NCBI GenBank assembly: GCA_964016885.1
Contig: OZ024740.1
Location: 267,778,001-267,842,000 of the forward strand
DNA length: 64,000 bases
Direction: 5' to 3'
DNA from: Eledone cirrhosa
Taxonomy: Eukaryota
This document shows positions 32,701 through 50,900 of this stretch, in pieces. The notes under the pieces are model-generated. The model was not told the origin of the DNA. It saw only the letters and a list, made by a program, of their open reading frames with translations, and made no database searches. Both the position numbers and the translations under genes were made by a program. Within the stretch, counting starts at the first letter, position 1. Every line of letters begins with the position of its first letter.

Positions 32701-35434
32701 ACCACTAATACCACACAACAACAGAAAGAGACAACCACTAACACCACACAACAACAGAAGGAGACAACCTCTAATACCACACAACAACAGAACGAGACAA
32801 CCACTAATACCACACAACAACAGAACGAGACAACCACTAATACCACACAACAACAGAACGAGACAACCACTAATACCACACAAGAACAGAACGAGACAAC
32901 CACTAATACCACACAACAACAGAACGAGACAACCACTAATATCACACAACAACAGAACTTGACAACCACTAATACCACATAACAACAGGACGAGACAACC
33001 ACTAATACCACAGAACAACAGAACGAGACAACCACTAATACCACATAACAACAGAACGAGACAACCACTAATACCACACAACAACAGAACGAGACAACCA
33101 CTAATATCACACAACAACAGAACTGGACAACCAGTAATACCACACAACAACAGAACGAGACAACCACTAATACCACACAACAACAGAACGAGACAACCAC
33201 TCATACCACACAACAACAGAACGAGACAACCACTAATACCACACAACAACAGAACGAGACAACCACTAATACCACACAACAACAGAACGGGACAACCACT
33301 AATACCACACAACAACAGAACGAGACAACCACTAATACCACACAACAACATAAGGAGACAACCACTAATACCACACAACTACAGAACGAGACAAGCACTA
33401 ATACCACACAACAACAGAACGGGACAACCACTAATACAACACAACAACAGAAGGAGACAACCACTAATACCACACAACAACAGAACGAGACAACCACTAA
33501 TACCACACAACAACAGAACGAGACAACCACTAATACCACACAACAACAGAAGGAGGCAACCACTAACACCACACAACAACAGAACAAGACAACCACTAAT
33601 ACCACACAACAACAGAAGGAGACAACCACTAACACCACACAACAACAGAATGAGACGACTACTAATACCACACAACAACAGAAGGAAACAACCACTAATA
33701 CCACACAACAACAGAAGGAGACAACCACTAACACCACACAACAACAGAACGAGACAACCACTAATACCACACAACAACAGAAGGAGACAACCACTAACGC
33801 CACACAACAACAGAACGAGACAACCACTAATACCACACAACAACAGAAGGAGACAACCACTAATACCACACAACAACAGAAGGAGACAACCACTAATACC
33901 ACACAACAACAGAACGAGACAACCACTAATACCACACAACAACAGAAGGAGACAACCACTAACACCACACAACAACAGAACGAGACAACCACTAATACCA
34001 CACAACAACAGAACGAGACAACCACTAATACCACACAACAACAGAACGAGACAACCACTAATATCATACAACAACAGAACTGGTCAACCACTAATACCAC
34101 ACAACAACAGAACGAGACAACCACTAATACCACAAAAACAGAAGGAATCAACCACTAATACCATACAACAACAGAACGAGACAACCACTATCACCACACA
34201 ACAACAGAACGAGACAACCACTAATACCACACAACAACAGAACGAGACAACCACTAATACCACACAACAACAGAACGAGACAACCACTAATACCACACAA
34301 CAACAGAACGAGACAACCACTAATACCAGACAACAACGGAACGAGACAACCACTAATACCACACAACAACAGAACGAGACAACCACTAATACCACACAAC
34401 AACAGAACGAGACAACCACTAATACCACACAACAACAGAACGAGACAACCACTAACACCACACAACAACAGAACGAGACAACCACTATTACCACACAACA
34501 ACAGAAGGAGACAACCACTAACACCACACAACAACAGAAGGAGACAACCACTAATACCACACAACAACAGAAGGAGACAACCACTAACACCACACAACAA
34601 CAGAACGAGACAACCACTAATACCACACAACAACAGAAGGAGACAACCACTAATACCACACAACAACAGAACGAGACAACCACTAATACCACACAACAAC
34701 AGAACGAGACAACCACTAATACCACACAACAACAGAAGGAGACAACCACTAATACCACACAACAACATATGGAGACAACCACTAACACCACACAACAACA
34801 GAACGAGACAACCACTAATACCACACAACAACAGAACGAGACAACCACTATTACCACACAACAACAGAAGGAGACAACCACTAACACCACACAACAACAG
34901 AAGGAGACAACCACTAATACCACACAACAACAGAAGGAGACAACCACTAATACCACACAACAACAGAAGGAGACAACCACTAGCACCACACAACAACAGA
35001 ACGAGACAACCACTAATACCACACAACAACAGAACGGGACAAACATTAATACCACACAACAACAGAACGAGACAACCACTAATACCACACAACAGAACGA
35101 GACAACCACTAATACGACACAACAACAGAACGAGACAACCACTAATACCACACAACAACAGAAGGAGACAACCACTAACACCACACAACAACAGAACGAG
35201 ACAACCACTAATAGAACACAACAACAGAAGGAGACAACCACTAATACCACACAACAACAGAACGGGACAACCACTAATACTACACAATAACAGAACGAGA
35301 CAACCACTAACACCACACAACAACAGAAGGAGACAACCACTAATACCACACAACAACAGAACGAGACAAACACTAATACCACACAACAACAGAACGAGAC
35401 AACCACTAATACCACACAACAACAGAAGGAGACA

Positions 35435-35464
35435 ACCACTAACACCACACAACTATAGGAGACA
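35435..35464. repeat. 30-bp landmark monomer ...ACACAACTATAGGAGACA; 7 copies, right half only
   Basis: Copies near 35452, 37755, 37950, 52517, 54787, 54982 and 58175. It carries TAG in the Thr/Gln/Asn frame. Confidence 0.88.
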
Positions 35465-38400
35465 ACCACTAATACCACACAACAACAGAAGGAGACAACC
35501 ACTAACACCACACAACAACAGAACGAGACAACCACTAATACCACACAACAACAGAACGAGACAACCACTAATACCACACAACAACAGAACGAGACAACCA
35601 CTAATATCACACAACAACAGAACTGGTCAACCACTAATACCACACAACAACAGAACGAGACAACCACTAATACCACAAAAACAGAAGGAATCAACCACTA
35701 ATACCATACAACAACAGAACGAGACAACCACTATCACCACACAACAACAGAACGAGACAACCACTAATACCACACAACAACAGAACGAGACAACCACTAA
35801 TACCACACAACAACAGAACGAGACAACCACTAATACCACACAACAACAGAACGAGACAACCACTAATACCAGACAACAACGGAACGAGACAACCACTAAT
35901 ACCACACAACAACAGAACGAGACAACCACTAATACCACACAACAACAGAACGAGACAACCACTAATACCCCACAACAACAGAACGAGACAACCACTAATA
36001 CCACACAACAACAGAACGAGACAACCACTAATACCACACAACAACGGAACGAGACAACCACTAATACCACACAACAACAGAACGAGACAACCACTAATAC
36101 CACACAACAACAGAACGAGACAACCACTAATACCACACAACAACAGAACGAGACAACCACTAATACCACACAACAACAGAACGAGACAACCACTAATACC
36201 ACAGAACAACAGAACGAGACAACCACTAATACTACACAACAAAAGAACGAGACAATCACTAATACCACACAACAACAGAAGGAGACAACCACTAATACCA
36301 CACAACAACAGAAGGAGACAACCACTAATACCACACAACAACAGAACGAGACAACCACTAATACCACACAGCAACAGAACGAGACAACCACTAATACCAC
36401 ACAACAACAGAACGAGACAACCACTAATATCACACAACAACAGAACGAGACAACCACTAATACCACACAACAACAGAACAAGACAAACCACTAATACCAC
36501 ACAACAACAGAAAGAGACAACCACTAACACCACACAACAACAGAAGGAGACAACCACTAACACCACACAACAACAGAACGAGAGGACTACTAATACCACA
36601 CAACAACAGAAGGAGACAACCACTAATACCACACAACAACAGAAGGAGACAACCACTAACACCACACAACAACAGAACGAGACAACCACTATTACCACAC
36701 AACAACAGAAGGAGACAACCACTAACACCACACAACAACAGAAGGAGACAACCACTAATACCACACAACAACAGAAGGAGACAACCACTAACACCACACA
36801 ACAACAGAACGAGACAACCACTAATACCACACAACAACAGAAGGAGACAACCACTAATACCACACAACAACAGAACGAGACAACCACTAATACCACACAA
36901 CAACAGAACGAGACAACCACTAATACCACACAACAACAGAAGGAGACAACCACTAATACCACACAACAACAGATGGAGACAACCACTAACACCACACAAC
37001 AACAGAACGAGACAACCACTAATACCACACAACAACAGAACGAGACAACCACTAATACCACACAACAACAGAAGGAGACAACCACTAACACCACACAACA
37101 ACAGAACGAGACAACCACTAATACCACACAACAACAGAAGGAGACAACCACTAACACCACACAACAACAGAACGAGACAACCACTAATACCACACCACAA
37201 CAGAAGGAGACAACCACTAATACCACACAACAACAGAAGGAGACAACCACTAGCACCACACAACAACAGAACGAGACAACCACTAATACCACACAACAAC
37301 AGAACGGGACAAACATTAATACCACACAACAACAGAACGAGACAACCACTAATACCACACAACAGAACGAGACAACCACTAATACGACACAACAACAGAA
37401 CGAGACAACCACTAATACCACACAACAACAGAAGGAGACAACCACTAACACCACACAACAACAGAACGAGACAACCACTAATAGAACACAACAACAGAAG
37501 GAGACAACCACTAATACCACACAACAACAGAACGGGACAACCACTAATACTACACAATAACAGAACGAGACAACCACTAACACCACACAACAACAGAAGG
37601 AGACAACCACTAATACCACACAACAACAGAACGAGACAAACACTAATACCACACAACAACAGAACGAGACAACCACTAATACCACACAACAACAGAAGGA
37701 GACAACCACTAATACCACACAACAACAGAAGGAGACAACCACTAACACCACACAACTATAGGAGACAACCACTAATACCACACAACAACAGAACGAGACA
37801 ACCACTAATACCACACAACAACAGAACGAGACTACCACGAATATCACACAACAACAGAACGAGACAACCACTAACACCACACAACAACAGAACGAGACAA
37901 CCACTAATACCACACAACAATAGAACGAGACAACCACTAATACCACACAACTATAGGAGACAACCACTAATACCACACAACAACAGAACGAGACAACCAC
38001 TAATACCACACAACAACAGAACGAGACAACCACTAATACCACACAACAACAGAACGAGACAACCACTAATACCACACAACAACAGAACGAGACAACCACT
38101 AATACCACACAACAACAGAACGAGACAACCACTAACACGACACAACAACAGAACGAGACAACCACTAATACCACACAACAACAGAAGGAGACAACCACTA
38201 ATACCACACAACAACAGAACGAGACAACCACTAATACCACACAACAACAGAAGGAGACAACCACTAACACCACACAACAACAGAATGAGACGACTACTAA
38301 TACCACACAACAACAGAAGGAAACAACCACTAATACCACACAACAACAGAAGGAGACAACCACTAACACCACACAACAACAGAACGAGACAACCACTAAT

Positions 38401-41400
38401 ACCACACAACAACAGAAGGAGACAACCACTAACGCCACACAACAACAGAACGAGACAACCACTAATACCACACAACAACAGAAGGAGACAACCACTAATA
38501 CCACACAACAACAGAAGGAGACAACCACTAATACCACACAACAACAGAACGAGACAACCACTAATACCACACAACAACAGAAGGAGACAACCACTAACAC
38601 CACACAACAACAGAACGAGACAACCACTAATACCACACAACAACAGAACGAGACAACCACTAATACCACACAACAACAGAACGAGACAACCACTAATATC
38701 ACACAACAACAGAACTGGTCAACCACTAATACCACACAACAACAGAACGAGACAACCACTAATACCACAAAAACAGAAGGAATCAACCACTAATACCATA
38801 CAACAACAGAACGAGACAACCACTATCACCACACAACAACAGAACGAGACAACCACTAATACCACACAACAACAGAACGAGACAACCACTAATACCACAC
38901 AACAACAGAACGAGACAACCACTAATACCACACAACAACAGAACGAGACAACCACTAATACCAGACAACAACGGAACGAGACAACCACTAATACCACACA
39001 ACAACAGAACGAGACAACCACTAATACCACACAACAACAGAAAGAGACAACCACTAACACCACACAACAACAGAAGGAGACAACCTCTAATACCACACAA
39101 CAACAGAACGAGACAACCACTAATACCACACAACAACAGAACGAGACAACCACTAATACCACACAACAACAGAACGAGACAACCACTAATACCACACAAG
39201 AACAGAACGAGACAACCACTAATACCACACAACAACAGAACGAGACAACCACTAATACCACACAACAACAGAACTGGACAACCACTAATACCACATAACA
39301 ACAGGACGAGACAACCACTAATACCACAGAACAACAGAACGAGACAACCACTAATACCACATAACAACAGAACGAGACAACCACTAATACCACACAACAA
39401 CAGAACGAGACAACCACTAATATCACACAACAACAGAGCTGGACAACCAGTAATACCACACAACAACAGAACGAGACAACCACTAATACCACACAACAAC
39501 AGAACGAGACAACCACTAATACCACACAACAACAGAAGGAGGCAACCACTAACACCACACAACAACAGAACAAGACATCCACTAATACCACACAACAACA
39601 GAAGGAGACAACCACTAACACCACACAACAACAGAATGAGACGACTACTAATACCACACAACAACAGAAGGAAACAACCACTAATACCACACAACAACAG
39701 AAGGAGACAACCACTAACACCACACAACAACAGAACGAGACAACCACTAATACCACACAACAACAGAAGGAGACAACCACTAACGCCACACAACAACAGA
39801 ACGAGACAACCACTAATACCACACAACAACAGAAGGAGACAACCACTAATACCACACAACAACAGAAGGAGACAACCACTAATACCACACAACAACAGAA
39901 CGAGACAACCACTAATACCACACAACAACAGAAGGAGACAACCACTAACACCACACAACAACAGAACGAGACAACCACTAATACCACACAACAACGGAAC
40001 GAGACAACCACTAATACCACACAACAACAGAACGAGACAACCACTAATACCACACAACAACAGAACGAGACAACCACTAATACCACACAACAACAGAACG
40101 AGACAACCACTAATACCACACAACAACAGAACGAGACAACCACTAATACCACAGAACAACAGAACGAGACAACCACTAATACTACACAACAAAAGAACGA
40201 GACAATCACTAATACCACACAACAACAGAAGGAGACAACCACTAATACCACACAACAACAGAACGAGACAACCACTAATACCAGACAACAACGGAACGAG
40301 ACAACCACTAATACCACACAACAACAGAACGAGACAACCACTAATACCACACAACAACAGAACGAGACAACCACTAATACCACACAACAACAGAACGAGA
40401 CAACCACTAATACCACACAACAACAGAAGGAGACAACCACTAACACCACACAACAACAGAACGAGACAACCACTAATACCACACAACAACAGAACGAGAC
40501 AACCACTAATATCACACAACAACAGAACTGGTCAACCACTAATACCACACAACAACAGAACGAGACAACCACTAATACCACAAAAACAGAAGGAATCAAC
40601 CACTAATACCATACAACAACAGAACGAGACAACCACTATCACCACACAACAACAGAACGAGACAACCACTAATACCACACAACAACAGAACGAGACAACC
40701 ACTAATACCACACAACAACAGAACGAGACAACCACTAATACCACACAACAACAGAGCGAGACAACCACTAATACCAGACAACAACGGAACGAGACAACCA
40801 CTAATACCACACAACAACAGAACGAGACAACCACTAATACCACACAACAACAGAACGAGACAACCACTAATACCACACAACAACAGAACGAGACAACCAC
40901 TAATACCACACAACAACAGAACGAGACAACCACTAATACCACACAACAACAGAACGAGACAACCACTAATACCACACAACAACGGAACGAGACAACCACT
41001 AATACCACACAACAACAGAACGAGACAACCACTAATACCACACAACAACAGAACGAGACAACCACTAATACCACACAACAACAGAACGAGACAACCACTA
41101 ATACCACACAACAACAGAACGAGACAACCACTAATACCACAGAACAACAGAACGAGACAACCACTAATACTACACAACAAAAGAACGAGACAATCACTAA
41201 TACCACACAACAACAGAAGGAGACAACCACTAATACCACACAACAACAGAAGGAGACAACCACTAATACCACACAACAACAGAACGAGACAACCACTAAT
41301 ACCACACAGCAAGAGAACGAGACAACCACTAATACCACACAACAACAGAACGAGACAACCACTAATATCACACAACAACAGAACGAGACAACCACTAATA

Positions 41401-42329
41401 CCACACAACAACAGAACAAGACAAACCACTAATACCACACAACAACAGAAAGAGACAACCACTAACACCACACAACAACAGAAGGAGACAACCACTAACA
41501 CCACACAACAACAGAACGAGAGGACTACTAATACCACACAACAACAGAAGGAGACAACCACTAATACCACACAACAACAGAAGGAGACAACCACTAACAC
41601 CACACAACAACAGAACGAGACAACCACTATTACCACACAACAACAGAAGGAGACAACCACTAACACCACACAACAACAGAAGGAGACAACCACTAATACC
41701 ACACAACAACAGAATGAGACGACTACTAATACCACACAACAACAGAAGGAAACAACCACTAATACCACACAACAACAGAAGGAGACAACCACTAACACCA
41801 CACAACAACAGAACGAGACAACCACTAATACCACACAACAACAGAAGGAGACAACCACTAACGCCACACAACAACAGAACGAGACAACCACTAATACCAC
41901 ACAACAACAGAAGGAGACAACCACTAATACCACACAACAACAGAAGGAGACAACCACTAATACCACACAACAACAGAACGAGACAACCACTAATACCACA
42001 CAACAACAGAAGGAGACAACCACTAACACCACACAACAACAGAACGAGACAACCACTAATACCACACAACAACAGAACGAGACAACCACTAATATCACAC
42101 AACAACAGAACTGGACAACCACTAATACCACACAACAACAGAACGAGACAACCACTAATACCACAAAAACAGAAGGAATCAACCACTAATACCATACAAC
42201 AACAGAACGAGACAACCACTATCACCACACAACAACAGAAGGAGACAATCACTAACACCACACAACAACAGAACGAGAGGACTACTAATACCACACAACA
42301 ACAGAAGGAGACAACCACTAATACCACAC

Positions 42330-45300
42330 AACAACAGAAGGAGACAACCACTAACACCACACAACAACAGAACGAGACAACCACTATTACTACACAACAA
42401 CAGAAGGAGACAACCACTAACACCACACAACAACAGAAGGAGACAACCACTAATACCACACAACAACAGAACGAGATAACCACTAATACCACACAACAAC
42501 AGAACGAGACAACCACTAATACCACACAACAACAGAACGAGACAACCACTAACGCCACACAACAACAGAAGGAGACAACCACTAATACCACACAACAACA
42601 GAACGAGACAACCACTAATACCACACAACAACAGAAGGAGACAACCACTAACACCACACAACAACAGAAGGAGACAACCTCTAATACCACACAACAACAG
42701 AACGAGACAACCACTAATACCACACAACAACAGAACGAGACAACCACTAATACCACACAACAACAGAACGAGACAACCACTAATACCACACAAGAACAGA
42801 ACGAGACAACCACTAATACCACACAACAACAGAACGAGACAACCACTAATATCACACAACAACAGAACTGGACAACCACTAATACCACATAACAACAGGA
42901 CGAGACAACCACTAATACCACACAACAACAGAACGAGACAACCACTAATACCACACAACAACAGAAGGAGACAACCACTAACACCACACAACAACAGAAG
43001 GAGACAACCACTAATACCACACAACAACAGAACGAGACAACCACTAATACCACACAACAACAGAACGAGACAACCACTAATACCACACAACAACAGAACG
43101 AGACAACCACTAATACCACACAAGAACAGAATGAGACAACCACTAATACCACACAACAACAGAACGAGACAACCACTAATATCACACAACAACAGAACTG
43201 GACAACCACTAATACCACATAACAACAGGACGAGACAACCACTAATACCACAGAACAACAGAACGAGACAACCACTAATACCACATAACAACAGAACGAG
43301 ACAACCACTAATACCACACAACAACAGAACGAGACAACCACTAATATCACACAACAACAGAACTGGACAACCAGTAATACCACACAACAACAGAACGAGA
43401 CAACCACTAATACCACACAACAACAGAACGAGACAACCACTCATACCACACAACAACAGAACGAGACAACCACTAATACCACACAACAACAGAACGAGAC
43501 AACCACTAATACCACACAACAACAGAACTGGACAACCACTAATACCACACAACAACAGAACGAGACAACCACTAATACCACACAACAACAGAACGAGACA
43601 ACCACTAATACCACACAACTACAGAACGAGACAAGCACTAATACCACACAACAACAGAACGGGACAACCACTAATACAACACAACAACAGAACGAGACAA
43701 CCACTAATACCACACAACAACAGAACGAGACAACCACTAATACCACACAACAACAGAACGAGACAACCACTAATACCACACAACAACAGAAGGAGGCAAC
43801 CACTAACACCACACAACAACAGAACGAGACAACCACTAACACCACACAACAACAGAACGAGACAACCACTAATACCACACAACAACAGAACGAGACAACC
43901 ACTAATACCACACAACAACAGAACGAGACAACCACTAATACCACACAACAACAGAAGGAGGCAACCACTAACACCACACAACAACAGAACGAGACAACCA
44001 CTAACACCACACAACAACAGAATGAGACAACCACTAACACCACACAACAACAGAAGGAGACAACCACTAATACCACACAACAACAGAACAAGTCAACCAC
44101 TAATACCACACAACAACAGAAGGAGACAACCACTAACACCACACAACAACAGAACGAGACAACCACTAATACCACACAACAACAGAAGGAGACAACCACT
44201 AACGCCACACAACAACAGAACGAGACAACCACTAATACCACACAACAACAGAAGGAGACAACCACTAATACCACACAACAACAGAAGGAGACAACCACTA
44301 ATACCACACAACAACAGAACGAGACAACCACTAATACCACACAACAACAGAAGAGACAACCACTAACACCACACAACAACAGAACGAGACAACCACTAAC
44401 ACCACACAACAACAGAACGAGACAACCACTAATACCACACAACAACAGAACTGGACAACCACTAATACCACACAACAACAGAACGAGACAACCACTAATA
44501 CCACAAAAACAGAAGGAATCAACCACTAATACCATACAACAACAGAACGAGACAACCACTATCACCACACAACAACAGAACGAGACAACCACTAATACCA
44601 CACAACAACAGAACGAGACAACCACTAATACCACACAACAACAGAACGAGACAACCACTAATACCACACAACAACAGAACGAGACAACCACTAATACCAC
44701 ACAACAACAGAACGAGACAACCACTAATACCACAGAACAACAGAACGAGACAACCACTAATACTACACAACAAAAGAACGAGACAACCACTAATACCACA
44801 CAACAACAGAAGGAGACAACCACTAATACCACACAACAACAGATCGAGACAACCACTAATACCACACAGCAACAGAACGAGACAACCACTAATACCACAC
44901 AACAACAGAACGAGACAACCACTAATATCACACAACAACAGAATGAGACAACCACTAATACCACACAACAACAGAACAAGACAAACCACTAATACCACAC
45001 AACAACAGAACGAGACAACCACTAACACCACACAACAACAGAAGGAGAAATCACTAACACCACACAACAACAGAACGAGAGGACTACTAATACCACACAA
45101 CAACAGAAGGAGACAACCACTAATACCACACAACAACAGAAGGAGACAACCACTAACACCACACAACAACAGAACGAGACAACCACTATTACCACACAAC
45201 AACAGAAGGAGACAACCACTAACACCACACAACAACAGAAGGAGACAACCACTAATACCACACAACAACAGAACGAGATAACCACTAATACCACACAACA

Positions 45301-48300
45301 ACAGAACGAGACAACCACTAATACCACACAACAACAGAACGAGACAACCACTAACGCCACACAACAACAGAAGGAGACAACCACTAATACCACACAACAA
45401 CAGAACGAGACAACCACTAATACCACACAACAACAGAAAGAGACAACCACTAACACCACACAACAACAGAAGGAGGCAACCTCTAATACCACACAACAAC
45501 AGAACGAGACAACCACTAATACCACACAACAACAGAACGAGACAACCACTAATACCACACAACAACAGAACGAGACAACCACTAATACCACACAAGAACA
45601 GAACGAGACAACCACTAATACCACACAACAACAGAACGAGACAACCACTAATATCACACAACAACAGAACTGGACAACCACTAATACCACATAACAACAG
45701 GACGAGACAACCACTAATACCACAGAACAACAGAACGAGACAACCACTAATACCACATAACAACAGAACGAGACAACCACTAATACCACACAACAACAGA
45801 ACGAGACAACCACTAATATCACACAACAACAGAACTGGACAACCAGTAATACCACACAACAACAGAACGAGACAACCACTAATACCACACAACAACAGAA
45901 CGAGACAACCACTCATACCACACAACAACAGAACGAGACAACCACTAATACCACACAACAACAGAACGAGACAACCACTAATACCACACAACAACAGAAC
46001 GGGACAACCACTAATACCACACAACAACAGAACGAGACAACCACTAATACCACACAACAACAGAAGGAGACAACCACTAATACCACACAACTACAGAACG
46101 AGACAAGCACTAATACCACACAACAACAGAACGGGACAACCACTAATACAACACAACAACAGAACGAGACAACCACTAATACCACACAACAACAGAACGA
46201 GACAACCACTAATACCACACAACAACAGAACGAGACAACCACTAATACCACACAACAACAGAAGGAGGCAACCACTAACACCACACAACAACAGAACAAG
46301 ACAACCACTAATACCACACAACAACAGAAGGAGACAACCACTAACACCACACAACAACAGAATGAGACGACTACTAATACCACACAACAACAGAAGGAAA
46401 CAACCACTAATACCACACAACAACAGAAGGAGACAACCACTAACACCACACAACAACAGAACGAGACAACCACTAATACCACACAACAACAGAAGGAGAC
46501 AACCACTAACGCCACACAACAACAGAACGAGACAACCACTAATACCACACAACAACAGAAGGAGACAACCACTAATACCACACAACAACAGAAGGAGACA
46601 ACCACTAATACCACACAACAACAGAAGGAGACAACCACTAACACCACACAACAACAGAACGAGACAACCACTATTACTACACAACAACAGAAGGAGACAA
46701 CCACTAACACCACACAACAACAGAAGGAGACAACCACTAATACCACACAACAACAGAACGAGATAACCACTAATACCACACAACAACAGAACGAGACAAC
46801 CACTAATACCACACAACAACAGAACGAGACAACCACTAACGCCACACAACAACAGAAGGAGACAACCACTAATACCACACAACAACAGAACGAGACAACC
46901 ACTAATACCACACAACAACAGAAGGAGACAACCACTAACACCACACAACAACAGAAGGAGACAACCTCTAATACCACACAACAACAGAACGAGACAACCA
47001 CTAATACCACACAACAACAGAACGAGACAACCACTAATACCACACAACAACAGAACGAGACAACCACTAATACCACACAAGAACAGAACGAGACAACCAC
47101 TAATACCACACAACAACAGAACGAGACAACCACTAATATCACACAACAACAGAACTGGACAACCACTAATACCACATAACAACAGGACGAGACAACCACT
47201 AATACCACACAACAACAGAACGAGACAACCACTAATACCACACAACAACAGAAGGAGACAACCACTAACACCACACAACAACAGAAGGAGACAACCACTA
47301 ATACCACACAACAACAGAACGAGACAACCACTAATACCACACAACAACAGAACGAGACAACCACTAATACCACACAACAACAGAACGAGACAACCACTAA
47401 TACCACACAAGAACAGAATGAGACAACCACTAATACCACACAACAACAGAACGAGACAACCACTAATATCACACAACAACAGAACTGGACAACCACTAAT
47501 ACCACATAACAACAGGACGAGACAACCACTAATACCACAGAACAACAGAACGAGACAACCACTAATACCACATAACAACAGAACGAGACAACCACTAATA
47601 CCACACAACAACAGAACGAGACAACCACTAATATCACACAACAACAGAACTGGACAACCAGTAATACCACACAACAACAGAACGAGACAACCACTAATAC
47701 CACACAACAACAGAACGAGACAACCACTCATACCACACAACAACAGAACGAGACAACCACTAATACCACACAACAACAGAACGAGACAACCACTAATACC
47801 ACACAACAACAGAACTGGACAACCACTAATACCACACAACAACAGAACGAGACAACCACTAATACCACACAACAACAGAACGAGACAACCACTAATACCA
47901 CACAACTACAGAACGAGACAAGCACTAATACCACACAACAACAGAACGGGACAACCACTAATACAACACAACAACAGAACGAGACAACCACTAATACCAC
48001 ACAACAACAGAACGAGACAACCACTAATACCACACAACAACAGAACGAGACAACCACTAATACCACACAACAACAGAAGGAGGCAACCACTAACACCACA
48101 CAACAACAGAACGAGACAACCACTAACACCACACAACAACAGAACGAGACAACCACTAATACCACACAACAACAGAACGAGACAACCACTAATACCACAC
48201 AACAACAGAACGAGACAACCACTAATACCACACAACAACAGAAGGAGGCAACCACTAACACCACACAACAACAGAACGAGACAACCACTAACACCACACA

Positions 48301-50900
48301 ACAACAGAATGAGACAACCACTAACACCACACAACAACAGAAGGAGACAACCACTAATACCACACAACAACAGAACAAGTCAACCACTAATACCACACAA
48401 CAACAGAAGGAGACAACCACTAACACCACACAACAACAGAACGAGACAACCACTAATACCACACAACAACAGAAGGAGACAACCACTAACGCCACACAAC
48501 AACAGAACGAGACAACCACTAATACCACACAACAACAGAAGGAGACAACCACTAATACCACACAACAACAGAAGGAGACAACCACTAATACCACACAACA
48601 ACAGAACGAGACAACCACTAATACCACACAACAACAGAAGAGACAACCACTAACACCACACAACAACAGAACGAGACAACCACTAACACCACACAACAAC
48701 AGAACGAGACAACCACTAATACCACACAACAACAGAACTGGACAACCACTAATACCACACAACAACAGAACGAGACAACCACTAATACCACAAAAACAGA
48801 AGGAATCAACCACTAATACCATACAACAACAGAACGAGACAACCACTATCACCACACAACAACAGAACGAGACAACCACTAATACCACACAACAACAGAA
48901 CGAGACAACCACTAATACCACACAACAACAGAACGAGACAACCACTAATACCACACAACAACAGAACGAGACAACCACTAATACCACACAACAACAGAAC
49001 GAGACAACCACTAATACCACAGAACAACAGAACGAGACAACCACTAATACTACACAACAAAAGAACGAGACAACCACTAATACCACACAACAACAGAAGG
49101 AGACAACCACTAATACCACACAACAACAGATCGAGACAACCACTAATACCACACAGCAACAGAACGAGACAACCACTAATACCACACAACAACAGAACGA
49201 GACAACCACTAATATCACACAACAACAGAATGAGACAACCACTAATACCACACAACAACAGAACAAGACAAACCACTAATACCACACAACAACAGAACGA
49301 GACAACCACTAACACCACACAACAACAGAAGGAGAAATCACTAACACCACACAACAACAGAACGAGAGGACTACTAATACCACACAACAACAGAAGGAGA
49401 CAACCACTAATACCACACAACAACAGAAGGAGACAACCACTAACACCACACAACAACAGAACGAGACAACCACTATTACCACACAACAACAGAAGGAGAC
49501 AACCACTAACACCACACAACAACAGAAGGAGACAACCACTAATACCACACAACAACAGAACGAGATAACCACTAATACCACACAACAACAGAACGAGACA
49601 ACCACTAATACCACACAACAACAGAACGAGACAACCACTAACGCCACACAACAACAGAAGGAGACAACCACTAATACCACACAACAACAGAACGAGACAA
49701 CCACTAATACCACACAACAACAGAAAGAGACAACCACTAACACCACACAACAACAGAAGGAGACAACCTCTAATACCACACAACAACAGAACGAGACAAC
49801 CACTAATACCACACAACAACAGAACGAGACAACCACTAATACCACACAACAACAGAACGAGACAACCACTAATACCACACAAGAACAGAACGAGACAACC
49901 ACTAATACCACACAACAACAGAACGAGACAACCACTAATATCACACAACAACAGAACTGGACAACCACTAATACCACATAACAACAGGACGAGACAACCA
50001 CTAATACCACAGAACAACAGAACGAGACAACCACTAATACCACATAACAACAGAACGAGACAACCACTAATACCACACAACAACAGAACGAGACAACCAC
50101 TAATATCACACAACAACAGAACTGGACAACCAGTAATACCACACAACAACAGAACGAGACAACCACTAATACCACACAACAACAGAACGAGACAACCACT
50201 CATACCACACAACAACAGAACGAGACAACCACTAATACCACACAACAACAGAACGAGACAACCACTAATACCACACAACAACAGAACGGGACAACCACTA
50301 ATACCACACAACAACAGAACGAGACAACCACTAATACCACACAACAACAGAAGGAGACAACCACTAATACCACACAACTACAGAACGAGACAAGCACTAA
50401 TACCACACAACAACAGAACGGGACAACCACTAATACAACACAACAACAGAACGAGACAACCACTAATACCACACAACAACAGAACGAGACAACCACTAAT
50501 ACCACACAACAACAGAACGAGACAACCACTAATACCACACAACAACAGAAGGAGGCAACCACTAACACCACACAACAACAGAACAAGACAACCACTAATA
50601 CCACACAACAACAGAAGGAGACAACCACTAACACCACACAACAACAGAATGAGACGACTACTAATACCACACAACAACAGAAGGAAACAACCACTAATAC
50701 CACACAACAACAGAAGGAGACAACCACTAACACCACACAACAACAGAACGAGACAACCACTAATACCACACAACAACAGAAGGAGACAACCACTAACGCC
50801 ACACAACAACAGAACGAGACAACCACTAATACCACACAACAACAGAAGGAGACAACCACTAATACCACACAACAACAGAAGGAGACAACCACTAATACCA
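42330..50900. repeat. Tandem duplication of 4287 bp (~42330-46620 vs ~46620-50900) nested in the second large copy
   Basis: ORF pairs 43131..44366/47418..48653, 43441..44979/47728..49266 and 44519..46090/48806..50377. The private ATTACTACA variant occurs at ~42386/46673. Confidence 0.94.
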
